Shown here one piece after another: positions 10,101-16,268 of a stretch of 32,000 nt of DNA (positions within the stretch are counted from its first letter, which is position 1; each line of letters opens with the position of its first letter). Under the pieces are notes generated by a model. The model had not been told where the DNA came from, did no database searches, and saw nothing but the letters and a program-made list of their open reading frames with translations. Both the position numbers and the translations under genes were made by a program. The stretch lies in assembly GCA_041659405.1 (NCBI GenBank), contig JBAZYK010000006.1:1-32000 (forward strand), given 5' to 3'. The stretch comes from Candidatus Altimarinota bacterium (lineage in GTDB: Bacteria; Patescibacteriota; Gracilibacteria; UBA1369).

Positions 10101-10835
10101 TGTACTCGACCAATCGAGCGAAACTGTTGCCGTAGCCGGGTTTGCAACCGTAGTCACAAATGATTGTCTCCGATAACCTGCTACCGTTAAATTCTTTCTT
10201 GAAGCAGTAAGCGCAATACGAACGTAAGCATCGGGATTCCCACCGGAAGCTTGACGATTACTGGTTGCATTTGTACTAGGAGGTTGCAACCAGTTCGGAA
10301 AATTCCAACCGGTTAAATTGCTATCAAATCCAGCATTGGTTGTGGCTCCACTGAAGGTTACTCCCAAATCTTTTAATTGCGCATTCCCACCAGTTAATTC
10401 AATCTTTGCAGAATCAAATGTAAAGTTTGCAGGAGTGGTAAAAACCCAACTTTGTGTACTGGCAAACAGGGCCTGCGCGCCCAAAATAAAAAAGGAAACC
10501 ATGCCAATAAAGAAAATTTTAAGTCCATACAAAGCGGCCGCACCGGCTGCTGTAAAAATACCAATCTTGCGCCTGAGAATAAAAAAATGAAGGTGTTCCT
10601 TCTTTTTACCATCATGCGGAAAAATAAAGCCAAGCTGCTGAAGATCTTTCGGCGATACTATAAAAAACAAAGGCAAAGAAACCAGGAATGATCCCAGCTC
10701 AACCAAAAACAACAAAACAAAGTAAGGCAACGCCCTAAAAACGCCTTTTGATTCAAGTATTTTCTTTTTGATCGTAAAAATAAACCCCGAAAGATGAAAG
10801 AAAAAATTTAATAATTTTGTTTTAAATGCTGCCAT
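1197..10835 (-). CDS. Giant (3,212 aa) repeat-rich, membrane-anchored cell-surface protein (adhesin or envelope-structure-like)
   Basis: Uninterrupted 9,639-nt ORF. N-terminal hydrophobic segments lie at about aa 35-60 and 91-125, followed by a ~345-aa beta-rich N-terminal region. The core has 14 domains of ~110 aa, each with one S-x-D-x-G-x-T-W (Asp-box-like) motif and one W-[ND]-x-x-x-D motif. Three ~230-aa L modules (LDTLAP...KYVKPYTP...VKSRNP) separate the domain blocks. The C-terminal part has an FN3-like segment (HYELWHG...YFVKIWAVDKYGN), three Ig-like segments (e.g. GQHILTVKAVDSFNN, GKHQFELVVVDPAGN, GEHSIFAVALDP) and a Pro/Gly/Ala linker. It ends in a hydrophobic anchor followed by RMRKKFKSA. 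No LPXTG motif was seen. Confidence 0.9.
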   Translation of the reverse strand: MAAFKTKLLNFFFHLSGFIFTIKKKILESKGVFRALPYFVLLFLVELGSFLVSLPLFFIVSPKDLQQLGFIFPHDGKKKEHLHFFILRRKIGIFTAAGAAALYGLKIFFIGMVSFFILGAQALFASTQSWVFTTPANFTFDSAKIELTGGNAQLKDLGVTFSGATTNAGFDSNLTGWNFPNWLQPPSTNATSNRQASGGNPDAYVRIALTASRKNLTVAGYRRQSFVTTVANPATATVSLDWSSTVFTSPTAPQTYHLYAFVDSANTDPVLGTQVWDSGEISATTPWASVSNIDVHTKLGAAGTYYLKFAAYATNNLTTDESDAYTSGFDNVVLNWSNTSHVYDSGSPTITPTTSLNPAKVLSWDSFAETATKNGGEINYQLSSDDGVTWQYWNGTAWATAGAGNYNTAAIVNTNIATFTKTTNKIRWKAFLSGNGSQQVILNNVSINYTQDNPPVVASLTPAQGTSTGLVYLPYNLQDPESDVSNLNASEYSVDGTTWQTMTAATSDPAHSGITGLTTSAAGVAHTFVWNALADIGSFYNATVLVRLKANDGFLDSAVATSSAFAVDYVNPVVANVVATETLGTTSVQITYDLTDNTTDNLLVELAVSGDSGVTWTVPVTSATGAVGAAVTAAIGNTITWNAGTDYPAHQQSNIQVRVRAKDKFLNQGVFVASISFALDTLAPATNAIANLFAQPNAGDSAVLIGGSFTEANPSTNTFSVGVSGADYGAGTVGTPNTATPSNQSTVAGTTLKGNDYISKVKIVHADLYGQSGTNENTSPSATYKYVKPYTPQAPTLTNPITNNLNLTVVPNASEASGLQYAIFETSTSQYVQANGALGAGAIWQTLGTGAGQWGNGTGVTGKVNVTGLTPHISTFIFKVKSRNPNDGGHAASSESALSSPSQITNTAPTVTLGSIAQTTDGTKYVNINYTGTDGQGDINSLASFQYSTNGGGIWATMTEKSGVGSNSTINLVFLPTGSNYKFVWDSGTDLAGVENSSVLIRLKSNDSLLDSAVATSSAFAIDNVVPVTAVTSASMSDTSTTVTVVYTLTDGNNSNVQMDVSADGGSTWTVPHASATGAIGAGITPGAGKTITWNVASDYDGEYTTQMMVRVRATDTFGNQGVNSSSSAFEADTKAPVVSNVTAVQDAVAKTFTFHYDVSEDNGNVDTALAISSDGGSTWVVPITSAAGAFGAATVPGAGKTITWNAGTDFDNQEHADMKIKITATDKHINVSNTTSSAFSLDTKAPRVTTVAGTQPLGGTTVNITYDLADQNNSTVQLQISSNGGSSWVVPTTSATGALGASVASGTGKTITWNAAADFPNQTLGTMQVRIQATDIFNNASGDVDSTNFALDTLAPAVNAAAELQTQPSAGDTIALIGGSFTEANPSTNAFYVAVDVGSYGSSTAGTTNTATPTNQATATGVTLKGNDYISKVKITHTDKYGQSITNENTSPSAALKYVKPYTPALPTVDNPGVGTVDVTVNKNPAEADSLEYAIFEATLSEYVQGNGTIGASPVWQTLGTGSGQWGNGSGVSGKVNVSGLTRHSYTYGFEVKSRNPSDTGFAPSSESALSSGASSANQSPHITFNSISQSTDGSKIVDISYNGIDLESETSSLVQYKYSTDNSTWTTMTEKSGVGSEGVTGLAFSDSGVLHHFKWDVGTDLANAEDATVYVRLQANDGHTSGAAAVSSSFTIDTKKPVISAITAGMLTNGSGTVTIHYTLGDVSVSNVELNISANDGGDWVVPITTASGDINAGVVPGSGKTITWNAGTDFANQEVSIMKLRLKATDSYSNAGDFTVSGNFEVDTKAPVVSNVTASQNAGAGTIAIAYDLVDANNSTVSISVSNDNGVTWIVPVTSATGAVGTGVTPAVNKTVTWNAATDYPNHEQNLLIKVSATDQFGNAGVSTPSSFAVDTKGPVITNIGAVQTLGSQNFVITYDLADSATSAIAMDISDNSGSTWVVAHITAAGDLGAAVPAGNGKTITWNAGTDYTNHQKSTMMVRLRGTDGFNNVSDNVSSTAFNLDTLAPATNAAADLSTQPNAGDTTALIEGSFTESNPGTNDFALALNGLAYGASTAGTGNTATPPAQATAAGQTLTGSDYVSKVKITEGDLYGKTATNENTAPSTTKKYVKPYKPDAPTVGNPQNTSVDVTVNPHTGESSTVPYAIFETTTGKYVQTNGSLDTAAVWKTLGTAAGQWGNSSGVSGKITVTGLTSPVARYSFEVKSRNPADTAHQSGSESSFSNVGAVANTAPVISITSVAQPLNRSYVLVNYSGTDAQNDTNDLTSYEYSTDNSIWHTMTQKAGVGADGISGLAFTSSGHSFVFAWDLAADLANFGSSTVYVRLQANDGLTSGNLATSSAFSVDTLGPVISNINIGQIPGTDGLTIHYDMVDNSGTNNSVEALISDDSGATYTVATTSMAGDVGSGISIGTNKNITWNAGIDFANQESTTMKIKIRGTDAYDNIGTFVASDDFSVDTKLPVVSGVTAAQTAGTDNVEVNYTLADNTPAGFLVEAEFSADGGTTWAVPATTVTGAIGTGITTGAKTFTWDAGTDFSAQHKTNMKVRVKAKDYFGNQGVFANSADFAIDTKAPVVSALIATQTLGANNAVSIAYDLADDASSNITVTPEISKNGGTTWTVATSTLAGNFGSGQTAGAGKAISWNPAVDLATTEIANARVRLQATDSFGNSSVFESTDFAVDTLAPVGLTSLTKFSSTTTAATLNWAGSVTESNFDHYELWHGTSQTDVDARIGTATKWSTTEDPTLSDVLTSITTITGIPLTNNYFVKIWAVDKYGNEATVVSINLFEVPAPTPTPVVSGGGGTPAVLFNASLLNVPVLDRLATPTNKTSVNVSGVAVSNAKIILYDNGTFVDYFTALADANGRFGQTFTFTEGQHILTVKAVDSFNNPSANSNGMPLLIDLTPPGLPSVANPAENENISTDTPTLNGFAEPYSTVQITVDKKTKFTTATNEIGNWTFNLPSGATLALGKHQFELVVVDPAGNASAVNLLDVNRVVAPAGLTGAAAVGGPALPGAARPTGGATTLVGGIAPGAPLPIPAIVTIGQAAEATVLPNIPQPQIVSIQNGATTETSTANVIKFSGRALPNQEVVLYLHSDQALVYRVKADGNGIWNLDHLQSNVELTPGEHSIFAVALDPIAKVKSLPSAIKTFTVNKNFWVMAYYYLNLYSTLITVVVILVGMFLLYRMRKKFKSA
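2742..4769 (-). repeat. Super-repeat unit 3 (2,028 nt / 676 aa): L module plus B-A-A-A domain block, the most diverged copy
   Basis: Begins at LDTLAPATNA (Leu codon 4767-4769). KYVKPYKP is encoded at ~4434-4445. Trp landmarks are at 3855, 3522, 3189 and 2850. It ends at FAVDTLAPVGL (~2714-2760). Confidence 0.85.
4770..6782 (-). repeat. Super-repeat unit 2 (2,013 nt / 671 aa): L module plus B-A-A-A domain block
   Basis: Begins at LDTLAPAVNA (Leu codon 6780-6782). KYVKPYTP is encoded at ~6447-6458. Trp landmarks are at 5865, 5535, 5205 and 4881. It shares a 36-nt identical tract with unit 1 (6673-6708 = 8692-8727). Confidence 0.85.
6783..8801 (-). repeat. Super-repeat unit 1 (2,019 nt / 673 aa): L module plus B-A-A-A domain block
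   Basis: Begins at LDTLAPATNA (Leu codon 8799-8801). KYVKPYTP is encoded at ~8466-8477. Trp landmarks are at 7881, 7554, 7221 and 6894. Confidence 0.85.
8802..9475 (-). repeat. Partial first block of the domain array (one B-type plus one A-type Asp-box domain)
   Basis: The array starts at TQDNPPVVA (~9463-9488). Conserved Trp codons of the W-[ND]-x-x-x-D motif are at 9246-9248 (FVWNALADIG) and 8913-8915 (ITWNAGTDY). Confidence 0.8.
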
Positions 10836-10853
10836 CTATTTAAAATTAAACAG

Positions 10854-11675
10854 CTAAAAAATTAGAAAGGTGGAGAATAAACCAATCGCAATAATAAGCA
10901 CCAATGACCAGTTAGCCAGGTTGTCCACGTTTTGGATCAAGACATCAAGCCACAAAGAATTTAGCTTAAAATATCGTTCCTCCGAAAGCTGACTACGCTC
11001 ACCTGTTTTTGGATTAAAACTGTAAAGCCATAAAGAATGATTACCCTCATTCAACTTAAATTCAGCCTGCGAATGTTCAATTTGCCATTGGCCCTTGTCA
11101 TCGGCCTGACCATAATAAATGGCATCCTGCTGGGCGGAAATCATTAAAACCACCGTCACTAAAGGTTGCGCAGTTCCCGTAAACACAAAATTACCACTGG
11201 AATTTATCTCCAGCTTTTTAAAAATCGGAGCAATAATAGCATTGTTGATTTGAGCTGTCTGAATTCCGGTTTCCGTAGAAAGCAATTGTTCATTTTGCAC
11301 AGACGTAGGTGATAACGATGAAACACGATAAAGTGGCAGCGGACCATACAAATATGGCACCGTCACAATCAACAACAATTTTATTACCCAAATAGCCAAA
11401 ACCACACCAAGACCGGCAAGTGTCACAACACGCCTCAAATTATAATTCAGGGTAACTTTTTCATAAGTTCCATGTTCCTTCATGTAAGCCACGGCCTTAT
11501 CGGGCTTGATACTCAAATAAAAAGGCAAAGAAACCAGCGCCAAAAACGTTTCCAACAAAAAAAGTATGAAAATATTAACAATAACTTTTAAACCGGTTTG
11601 TTTAATTATTTTCTGCCTTATTTCGTAAATCCGGTTCGAGAGTTTTAATGAAATATTTAGCCATTGTGTTTTCAT
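10854..11675 (-). CDS. 273-aa membrane protein, a miniature paralogue of the giant protein (shared N-terminal membrane module, one Ig-like domain, C-terminal anchor)
   Basis: N-terminal IFILFLLETFLALVSLPFYLSIKP aligns with the giant protein's YFVLLFLVELGSFLVSLPLFFIVSP. A second hydrophobic segment follows LRR in both proteins. C-terminal FTGTAQPLVTVVLMISAQQDAIYYGQADDKGQWQIEHSQAEFKLNEGNHSLW aligns with the giant protein's last Ig-like segment. It ends in the hydrophobic stretch WSLVLIIAIGLFSTFLIF. Confidence 0.8.
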   Translation of the reverse strand: MKTQWLNISLKLSNRIYEIRQKIIKQTGLKVIVNIFILFLLETFLALVSLPFYLSIKPDKAVAYMKEHGTYEKVTLNYNLRRVVTLAGLGVVLAIWVIKLLLIVTVPYLYGPLPLYRVSSLSPTSVQNEQLLSTETGIQTAQINNAIIAPIFKKLEINSSGNFVFTGTAQPLVTVVLMISAQQDAIYYGQADDKGQWQIEHSQAEFKLNEGNHSLWLYSFNPKTGERSQLSEERYFKLNSLWLDVLIQNVDNLANWSLVLIIAIGLFSTFLIF

Positions 11676-11679
11676 TTTT

Positions 11680-12054
11680 TTAAATTAATTTCTTAATTTT
11701 TTTTGCCAACACAGATAAATCCGTATCAGCCTTAATGAAATAATCAATTGCCCCAAGCGCTTTAGCCTTTCCTATATCAGCTTCATCACCAAGGTTGGAC
11801 AAAATAACCACCGGAATTTGTTTTAATGTTGAGTTTGATTTTAAATTTTTTAATAAAGCAAAACCATCCATTACCGGAAGCAGCAAATCCAGCAAAATAA
11901 TGTCCGGTTTTATTCTTTGGGCGATTTCCAGCGCGCTCTGACCATCACCGGCGGTCGCGATGGTATTTTCACCATGCAACAGCACATACAAAGCCCGCAA
12001 CAAGGGTTCCTCATCTTCAACAATCAAAATTATATGTTTCTTTTTTGTATTCAT
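11680..12054 (-). CDS. Stand-alone response-regulator receiver protein (CheY-like, no output domain)
   Basis: 124 aa. It has the acidic pair in IVEDEE, the phospho-acceptor context DIILLDLLLPVMDG, ILSNLG (S/T position) and FIKAD (conserved Lys). Confidence 0.9.
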   Translation of the reverse strand: MNTKKKHIILIVEDEEPLLRALYVLLHGENTIATAGDGQSALEIAQRIKPDIILLDLLLPVMDGFALLKNLKSNSTLKQIPVVILSNLGDEADIGKAKALGAIDYFIKADTDLSVLAKKIKKLI

Positions 12055-12057
12055 ATT

Positions 12058-12447
12058 TTAGTTTTTCAGTAATGAATTGAGAATAAAATCAACAATTTTT
12101 TTCAACTCGATATCCGCCTTGGTAAAATGCTTTTCCGCTCCCAATACTTGAGTGGATTTTATATCCGCAACCGCATCCAGATTTGAAAGCACCACCACGG
12201 AGATTTTCCTGGTTTCTTTTGCTGATTTTAATTGCTTCAAAACCGCAAAACCATCAAGACCGGGCAAAACCAGATCAAGCAAAATCGCATCGGGACCAAA
12301 TTTCTTGGCCGATTCCAAAACCTTAAAACCGTTATCCACTACCGAAACTTCAACATCTTTTTCCAAAAAACTTTTACTTAAAATCTGCGATAAAAGAGCA
12401 TCGTCCTCAACAATCAATAATTTCTTTTTTGTTTTTTTATTGAACAT
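12058..12447 (-). CDS. Stand-alone response-regulator receiver protein (CheY-like, no output domain), tandem paralogue of the next gene
   Basis: 129 aa with IVEDD, DAILLDLVLPGLDG, VLSNLD and FTKAD. Only 3 nt separate it from the downstream receiver gene. Confidence 0.9.
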   Translation of the reverse strand: MFNKKTKKKLLIVEDDALLSQILSKSFLEKDVEVSVVDNGFKVLESAKKFGPDAILLDLVLPGLDGFAVLKQLKSAKETRKISVVVLSNLDAVADIKSTQVLGAEKHFTKADIELKKIVDFILNSLLKN

Positions 12448-12487
12448 GATTTTATGTTCTTAGTAAGCCATTTAGACCACTCCCGTA

Positions 12488-12496
12488 ATTATACCA
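12488..12496 (-). promoter_or_regulatory. Candidate extended -10 promoter element for the receiver/giant-protein unit
   Basis: The minus strand reads TGGTATAAT (the TGnTATAAT consensus). Its downstream edge is 40 nt upstream of the ATG at 12447. No convincing -35 is present (GGTAAA at the 17-nt spacing). Confidence 0.4.
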
Positions 12497-12590
12497 CCAA
12501 AAGACGTCCTTTTACCAGGCATTTTAGACGTTTTTTACATGTAATTATCCACATTGATTTAATGCTTTACTACGGACTATAGTTGAAGTA

Positions 12591-13496
12591 ATGAATCTAA
12601 AAAAAGAACTATCAACTAACAGGCCCCTCCAAGGCGAAATTTTCATTTTAGGAGAAGTCGTCTTCTGGAGCCTGTTTTTTGTTTTCTCCAAAATCGGAAT
12701 TCTGAGTCTTTCTCCACTTTTTAGCCTTGGCTTAAGCTCACTTTTTGCCGCTTTGTTTTTTGCGACTGTCATCACTTTTCAGAAAAAATGGCATCAAATT
12801 AAAATAAGAACAGCCTGGAAAAACATCCTGCTCGCAACTTTTTTCATCGGTATTGTTTTTTATTGCCTGATGTTTTGGGGATTACAAAGAACTTCAGCCG
12901 ATAACGGCAGCATTATGGCTTTAATGGAAGTATTTTTCTCCATGGTGATTTTTGGACTGACCAAAAAAGAAATCCTTAACACAAGACAAAAACTTGGCGC
13001 TTTTTCGATGGTTTTGGGAGCCTTAATTATCTTATATAGAGGCAATTTTCAACTAAATTCAGGAGATTTAATTATTTTAATCGCCACGGTGTTTCCACCA
13101 ATTGGCAACTATTATGCCAAAAAGGCCATGAAAGAAGTCGGATCATTGATGATTATGTTCATCAGGAGTTTAATTTCGGGAATATTCATTCTTTTCATCG
13201 CATTTTTGCTGGAAAAAACGCCCACCGCCTTTGAACTTGGAAATTCATTATTTTACATTGCCCTAAATGGTTTGCTGGTTTTGGGATTATCCAAAGTACT
13301 CTGGCTGGAAGGAATCAGCCGAATCCAAATCACCAAAGCTGCCGCATTGGGGGCCATAGCTCCCGCCTTCACCCTTTTATTCGCTTATTTACTCTTAGGG
13401 GAAAAACCCAACTACTGGCAATTTTTAGGCTTCGCCCCAATGCTTTTAGGAATTTTCCTTTTGAATGAGTATAAAAAAAACAATGAACAAGTATAA
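12591..13496 (+). CDS. DMT-superfamily (EamA-like) transporter
   Basis: 301 aa that is almost entirely hydrophobic, with about 10 helices in two halves. The C-terminal AYLLLGEKPNYWQFLGFAPMLLGIFLL is typical of EamA domains. Confidence 0.7.
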   Translation: MNLKKELSTNRPLQGEIFILGEVVFWSLFFVFSKIGILSLSPLFSLGLSSLFAALFFATVITFQKKWHQIKIRTAWKNILLATFFIGIVFYCLMFWGLQRTSADNGSIMALMEVFFSMVIFGLTKKEILNTRQKLGAFSMVLGALIILYRGNFQLNSGDLIILIATVFPPIGNYYAKKAMKEVGSLMIMFIRSLISGIFILFIAFLLEKTPTAFELGNSLFYIALNGLLVLGLSKVLWLEGISRIQITKAAALGAIAPAFTLLFAYLLLGEKPNYWQFLGFAPMLLGIFLLNEYKKNNEQV

Positions 13497-13593
13497 CGGA
13501 TCTCGTTGCTTTTTATCGCAAATTTATTCAGAATACCAACCGGTTCACCAGAAATTTTTGTCTGAGCCAAAAACAATTTTATAACTACAAATC

Positions 13594-14706
13594 ATGAAAA
13601 AAACCAAATTCAGCCAGCTTTCACCAAATCTAAAAAAATTGATTATTACCAAAGGTGGAGCCGGAAAAAACGTTGTTGATGGAACATTGTCCCAATATGT
13701 AAAAAAGAACAGCACACCGGTTTCCGCATTTGCTGAAAGAACCTTGAATCACTGCAACGGCGGCTCAACTTTACAGGCCGCAATGTGGCTGAAGAATCAC
13801 CTGGATAAAGGCGGCAAACTGGTTGTTACAATTGCCGGCGCACTAAGTTCTTTTCAGGTTGGAGTAATGCTCGCAGACCTAATCCGTGCCGGAAAAGTGC
13901 ATCTTATTTCTGCAACCGGCGCCAATCATGAAGAGTCATATTACCGCTATGTCGCGCATTCCCATTACGCTTACATTCCGCGCTATACCGAATTAACTCC
14001 GGAGCAGGAAGCCGAACTTCGTGATGCCGGTCTTCGCCGCATTACAGACACGTTTTTGCCTGAAGATGAAAGCGTCCGCATTATGGAACCTCATCTTTTA
14101 AAAATGTGGAAAGACGCCATGAAAAACAAAAAACGCTATTTTCCACACGAATATTTCCGCAAACTTTTTGCCGAAGGATTGATTAAACCGGATCCCGAGG
14201 CCAATCCAAACGATTGCTGGGCTTTTGCAGCCTACAAAAAAAACATTCCAATTGTGATCCCGGGTTTTGAAGATTCCACCATGGGCAACATTTTTGCGAG
14301 CTACACTTATAACGGCAAATATCGCAAAGATAAAAGCACAATCCTGGATCAAAACGTTATGAAAAGTGGTTTGGAATATTTTACTTTTCTTTATGACTGG
14401 TACATGGAAGCCGCAAAAGACACTCCAATCGCCTTCTTGCAATTAGGTGGAGGTATTTCCGCTGATTTCCCGATTTGCGTTGTTCCTTCACTCAAACACG
14501 ACCTGCAACTTCACGGCAAAATTCGCGACTGGGCCGGATTCATTGAAATCGGCTCCTCACCAATGTCCTACGGATCCTATTCCGGCGCAGGTGGCAAAGA
14601 AAAAATCACCTGGGACAAACTTTCCACCAGCAGCTACTATCAAATCATTCAAAGCGATGTGACGGTTGCTTTCCCTTGGATTGCCGCGATTTTGCTTGGA
14701 TTGTAG
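13594..14706 (+). CDS. Deoxyhypusine synthase-like protein
   Basis: 370 aa. TIAGALSSFQVGVMLADLIRAGKVHLISATGANHEES matches the DHS core pattern. LQLGGGISADFP corresponds to the GGG nucleotide-binding loop. GGKEKITWDKLS aligns with the SWGK catalytic-Lys motif. Confidence 0.65.
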   Translation: MKKTKFSQLSPNLKKLIITKGGAGKNVVDGTLSQYVKKNSTPVSAFAERTLNHCNGGSTLQAAMWLKNHLDKGGKLVVTIAGALSSFQVGVMLADLIRAGKVHLISATGANHEESYYRYVAHSHYAYIPRYTELTPEQEAELRDAGLRRITDTFLPEDESVRIMEPHLLKMWKDAMKNKKRYFPHEYFRKLFAEGLIKPDPEANPNDCWAFAAYKKNIPIVIPGFEDSTMGNIFASYTYNGKYRKDKSTILDQNVMKSGLEYFTFLYDWYMEAAKDTPIAFLQLGGGISADFPICVVPSLKHDLQLHGKIRDWAGFIEIGSSPMSYGSYSGAGGKEKITWDKLSTSSYYQIIQSDVTVAFPWIAAILLGL

Positions 14707-14777
14707 GAAGTTTCATCAAACATTGCGCATTCCTAAAAATATGGTATAGTAGAGATCAGTATTTTTTCTCTATTGTC

Positions 14778-15293
14778 ATGCGATTGGCCGAATTGTTAAC
14801 AAACGTTCATCCGGATCAACCTGATTTCACCCCATATTTAAGACCAGGAACTCATCCTCCTCTTAAAACGGAAGCACTAAAATTAGAAGCTTTGGTAGGT
14901 GAACAACGTAAAGCTCTAAGAACTGTTGTAGATGGAATTGGAACCATTGTGATTAGATATAAAGGATCAGAAGGTGCCGTAACCAGCCTTGATGAAGACC
15001 ACAACGGAGAAACATGGACAATCAAACAAGTCCAGGGAGCATCTTCAAGAAGATCATATCGCACAGCCACAGGATTACACTGGCCAAAATTATTGAGCGA
15101 AAGAATTGCTACATATGCTAATCATCCGGAAGCTCAAGCCCGCCACATCACCATGCCGCCATTACATGGAATCACAAATATCGACGGAGCAAGATCTCAA
15201 CATATTGACAGTACCTATGCTGCCGCTCGCACCACCTTAGGCATGCGCTATTCCGAAGAACACGGACTTTACATTGTGGACATCAAAAAATAG
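14778..15293 (+). CDS. Hypothetical protein (171 aa)
   Basis: The ORF track starts at 14676, which overlaps the DHS-like gene's 3' end. I prefer the ATG at 14778 (MRLAELLTNV...). No recognisable motifs. Confidence 0.5.
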   Translation: MRLAELLTNVHPDQPDFTPYLRPGTHPPLKTEALKLEALVGEQRKALRTVVDGIGTIVIRYKGSEGAVTSLDEDHNGETWTIKQVQGASSRRSYRTATGLHWPKLLSERIATYANHPEAQARHITMPPLHGITNIDGARSQHIDSTYAAARTTLGMRYSEEHGLYIVDIKK

Positions 15294-15316
15294 CTCTAAA
15301 AAAGGCCGTTCCAGAC

Positions 15317-16141
15317 TTAAACGCTGAATTGGTTTTTCACACTCGTAAATTTATTCGCCACATCAAACAAAAAATGCATTGTTTGAGCCATATCCGGATG
15401 ATCAATGCGTAGTCCCACCGGAAACTCACGAAAAGAAACCATAAAAACACTTTCGCCCACCAAAATCACATTTGTGGCTCCACCTGCGGCTGGCAAACTG
15501 GCAAAAGCTTCAAAAACTTTCAAATTAGTGAGCCATTCCCTGGTCAGATTTCCCTGCGCAATCAAAATATCGGTCTCGATACAATTTTTCTTCAGATCTT
15601 TTTGAAAATTGGAAATCAAGTCACCAAGCTCCTGCTGCTCAAGTTTTTGGCTAAAAGTATTCGACCCCAAAATGCGAATCTGGAGCAAATTTTGTTCTTT
15701 AGCACGGACAACAATATCCCGATAAAAATCCTGAAGCTTTTCAAAACCGTCATAAATTTGGATTTTTGGAACTTCCTGAAAAGTTGATTTCATGGCTGTT
15801 AATCGCGGCATAAGCTCATTAAATTCCTGCTGCAATCCATCAAAGCGTTCACGCTCTTTTTTAATATAATTCTCAATATCCGAAAATTTCTCCAAATAAA
15901 AAACCGTCATGCCTCCCCTTTTTGATCGCGCCAGTAAGCGACGTTCATATAAATTTTTCAGGATGCGATAAGTTGTCGTGCGATCCATCTTTGAAAATTT
16001 CGCAATGACCGAAGCCGGCTGTGATCCCAATTGAATCACGCTCATAAACACTTTTGCTTCTTTTTGATCCAGACCCAATTTTTCGAAAAAAGTTTCCATT
16101 CGGTGAAGATTATTCAAGTGTGCAAAGTAATGCACAGCCAC
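15317..16141 (-). CDS. TrmB-family-like HTH transcriptional regulator
   Basis: The N-terminal winged-helix pattern is FFEKLGLDQKEAKVFMSVIQLGSQPASVIAKFSKMDRTTTYRILKNLYERRLLARSKRGGMTVFYL. The more likely start is the METFFEKLGL Met at 16099. Confidence 0.65.
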   Translation of the reverse strand: MAVHYFAHLNNLHRMETFFEKLGLDQKEAKVFMSVIQLGSQPASVIAKFSKMDRTTTYRILKNLYERRLLARSKRGGMTVFYLEKFSDIENYIKKERERFDGLQQEFNELMPRLTAMKSTFQEVPKIQIYDGFEKLQDFYRDIVVRAKEQNLLQIRILGSNTFSQKLEQQELGDLISNFQKDLKKNCIETDILIAQGNLTREWLTNLKVFEAFASLPAAGGATNVILVGESVFMVSFREFPVGLRIDHPDMAQTMHFLFDVANKFTSVKNQFSV

Positions 16142-16268
16142 TATATACCTTTTAAATAAGCAAAAGTAAAGCCAAACCCAAGGACTGTTTACATAGATGA
16201 AATATAATGATAATGTTCAAATCTAGTAAAAAGAAAATTTTTGCTCAACAACTTTCCGGCAATTCTCC

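Noticed and set aside
1346-10691. About 30 plus- and minus-strand ORFs of 60-290 aa inside the giant gene (e.g. 8880-9752 +, 5379-5975 +, 7020-7304 +, 9914-10147 -)
   Set aside because: All lie antisense or out of frame within one uninterrupted 9.6-kb ORF that has clear domain periodicity. Their translations are low-complexity (R/S/N/I/G-rich). They are explained by the biased, repetitive codon composition of the giant gene.
1197-10835. Diversity-generating retroelement targeting the giant protein
   Set aside because: No reverse transcriptase gene is in the window. I saw no template/variable repeat pair differing specifically at adenines; the repeats differ at all base types. A formal TR/VR search was not possible by eye.
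12152-12775. ORFs 12152-12463 (+) and 12545-12775 (-)
   Set aside because: They are antisense to the receiver gene and to the EamA transporter start respectively, and both sense-strand genes have clear family motifs.
14676-14777. Upstream ATG (14676) for the 171-aa hypothetical gene
   Set aside because: It overlaps the DHS-like gene by 31 nt and adds an implausible Cys/Trp/Phe-rich leader. The ATG at 14778 is preferred, but this remains uncertain.
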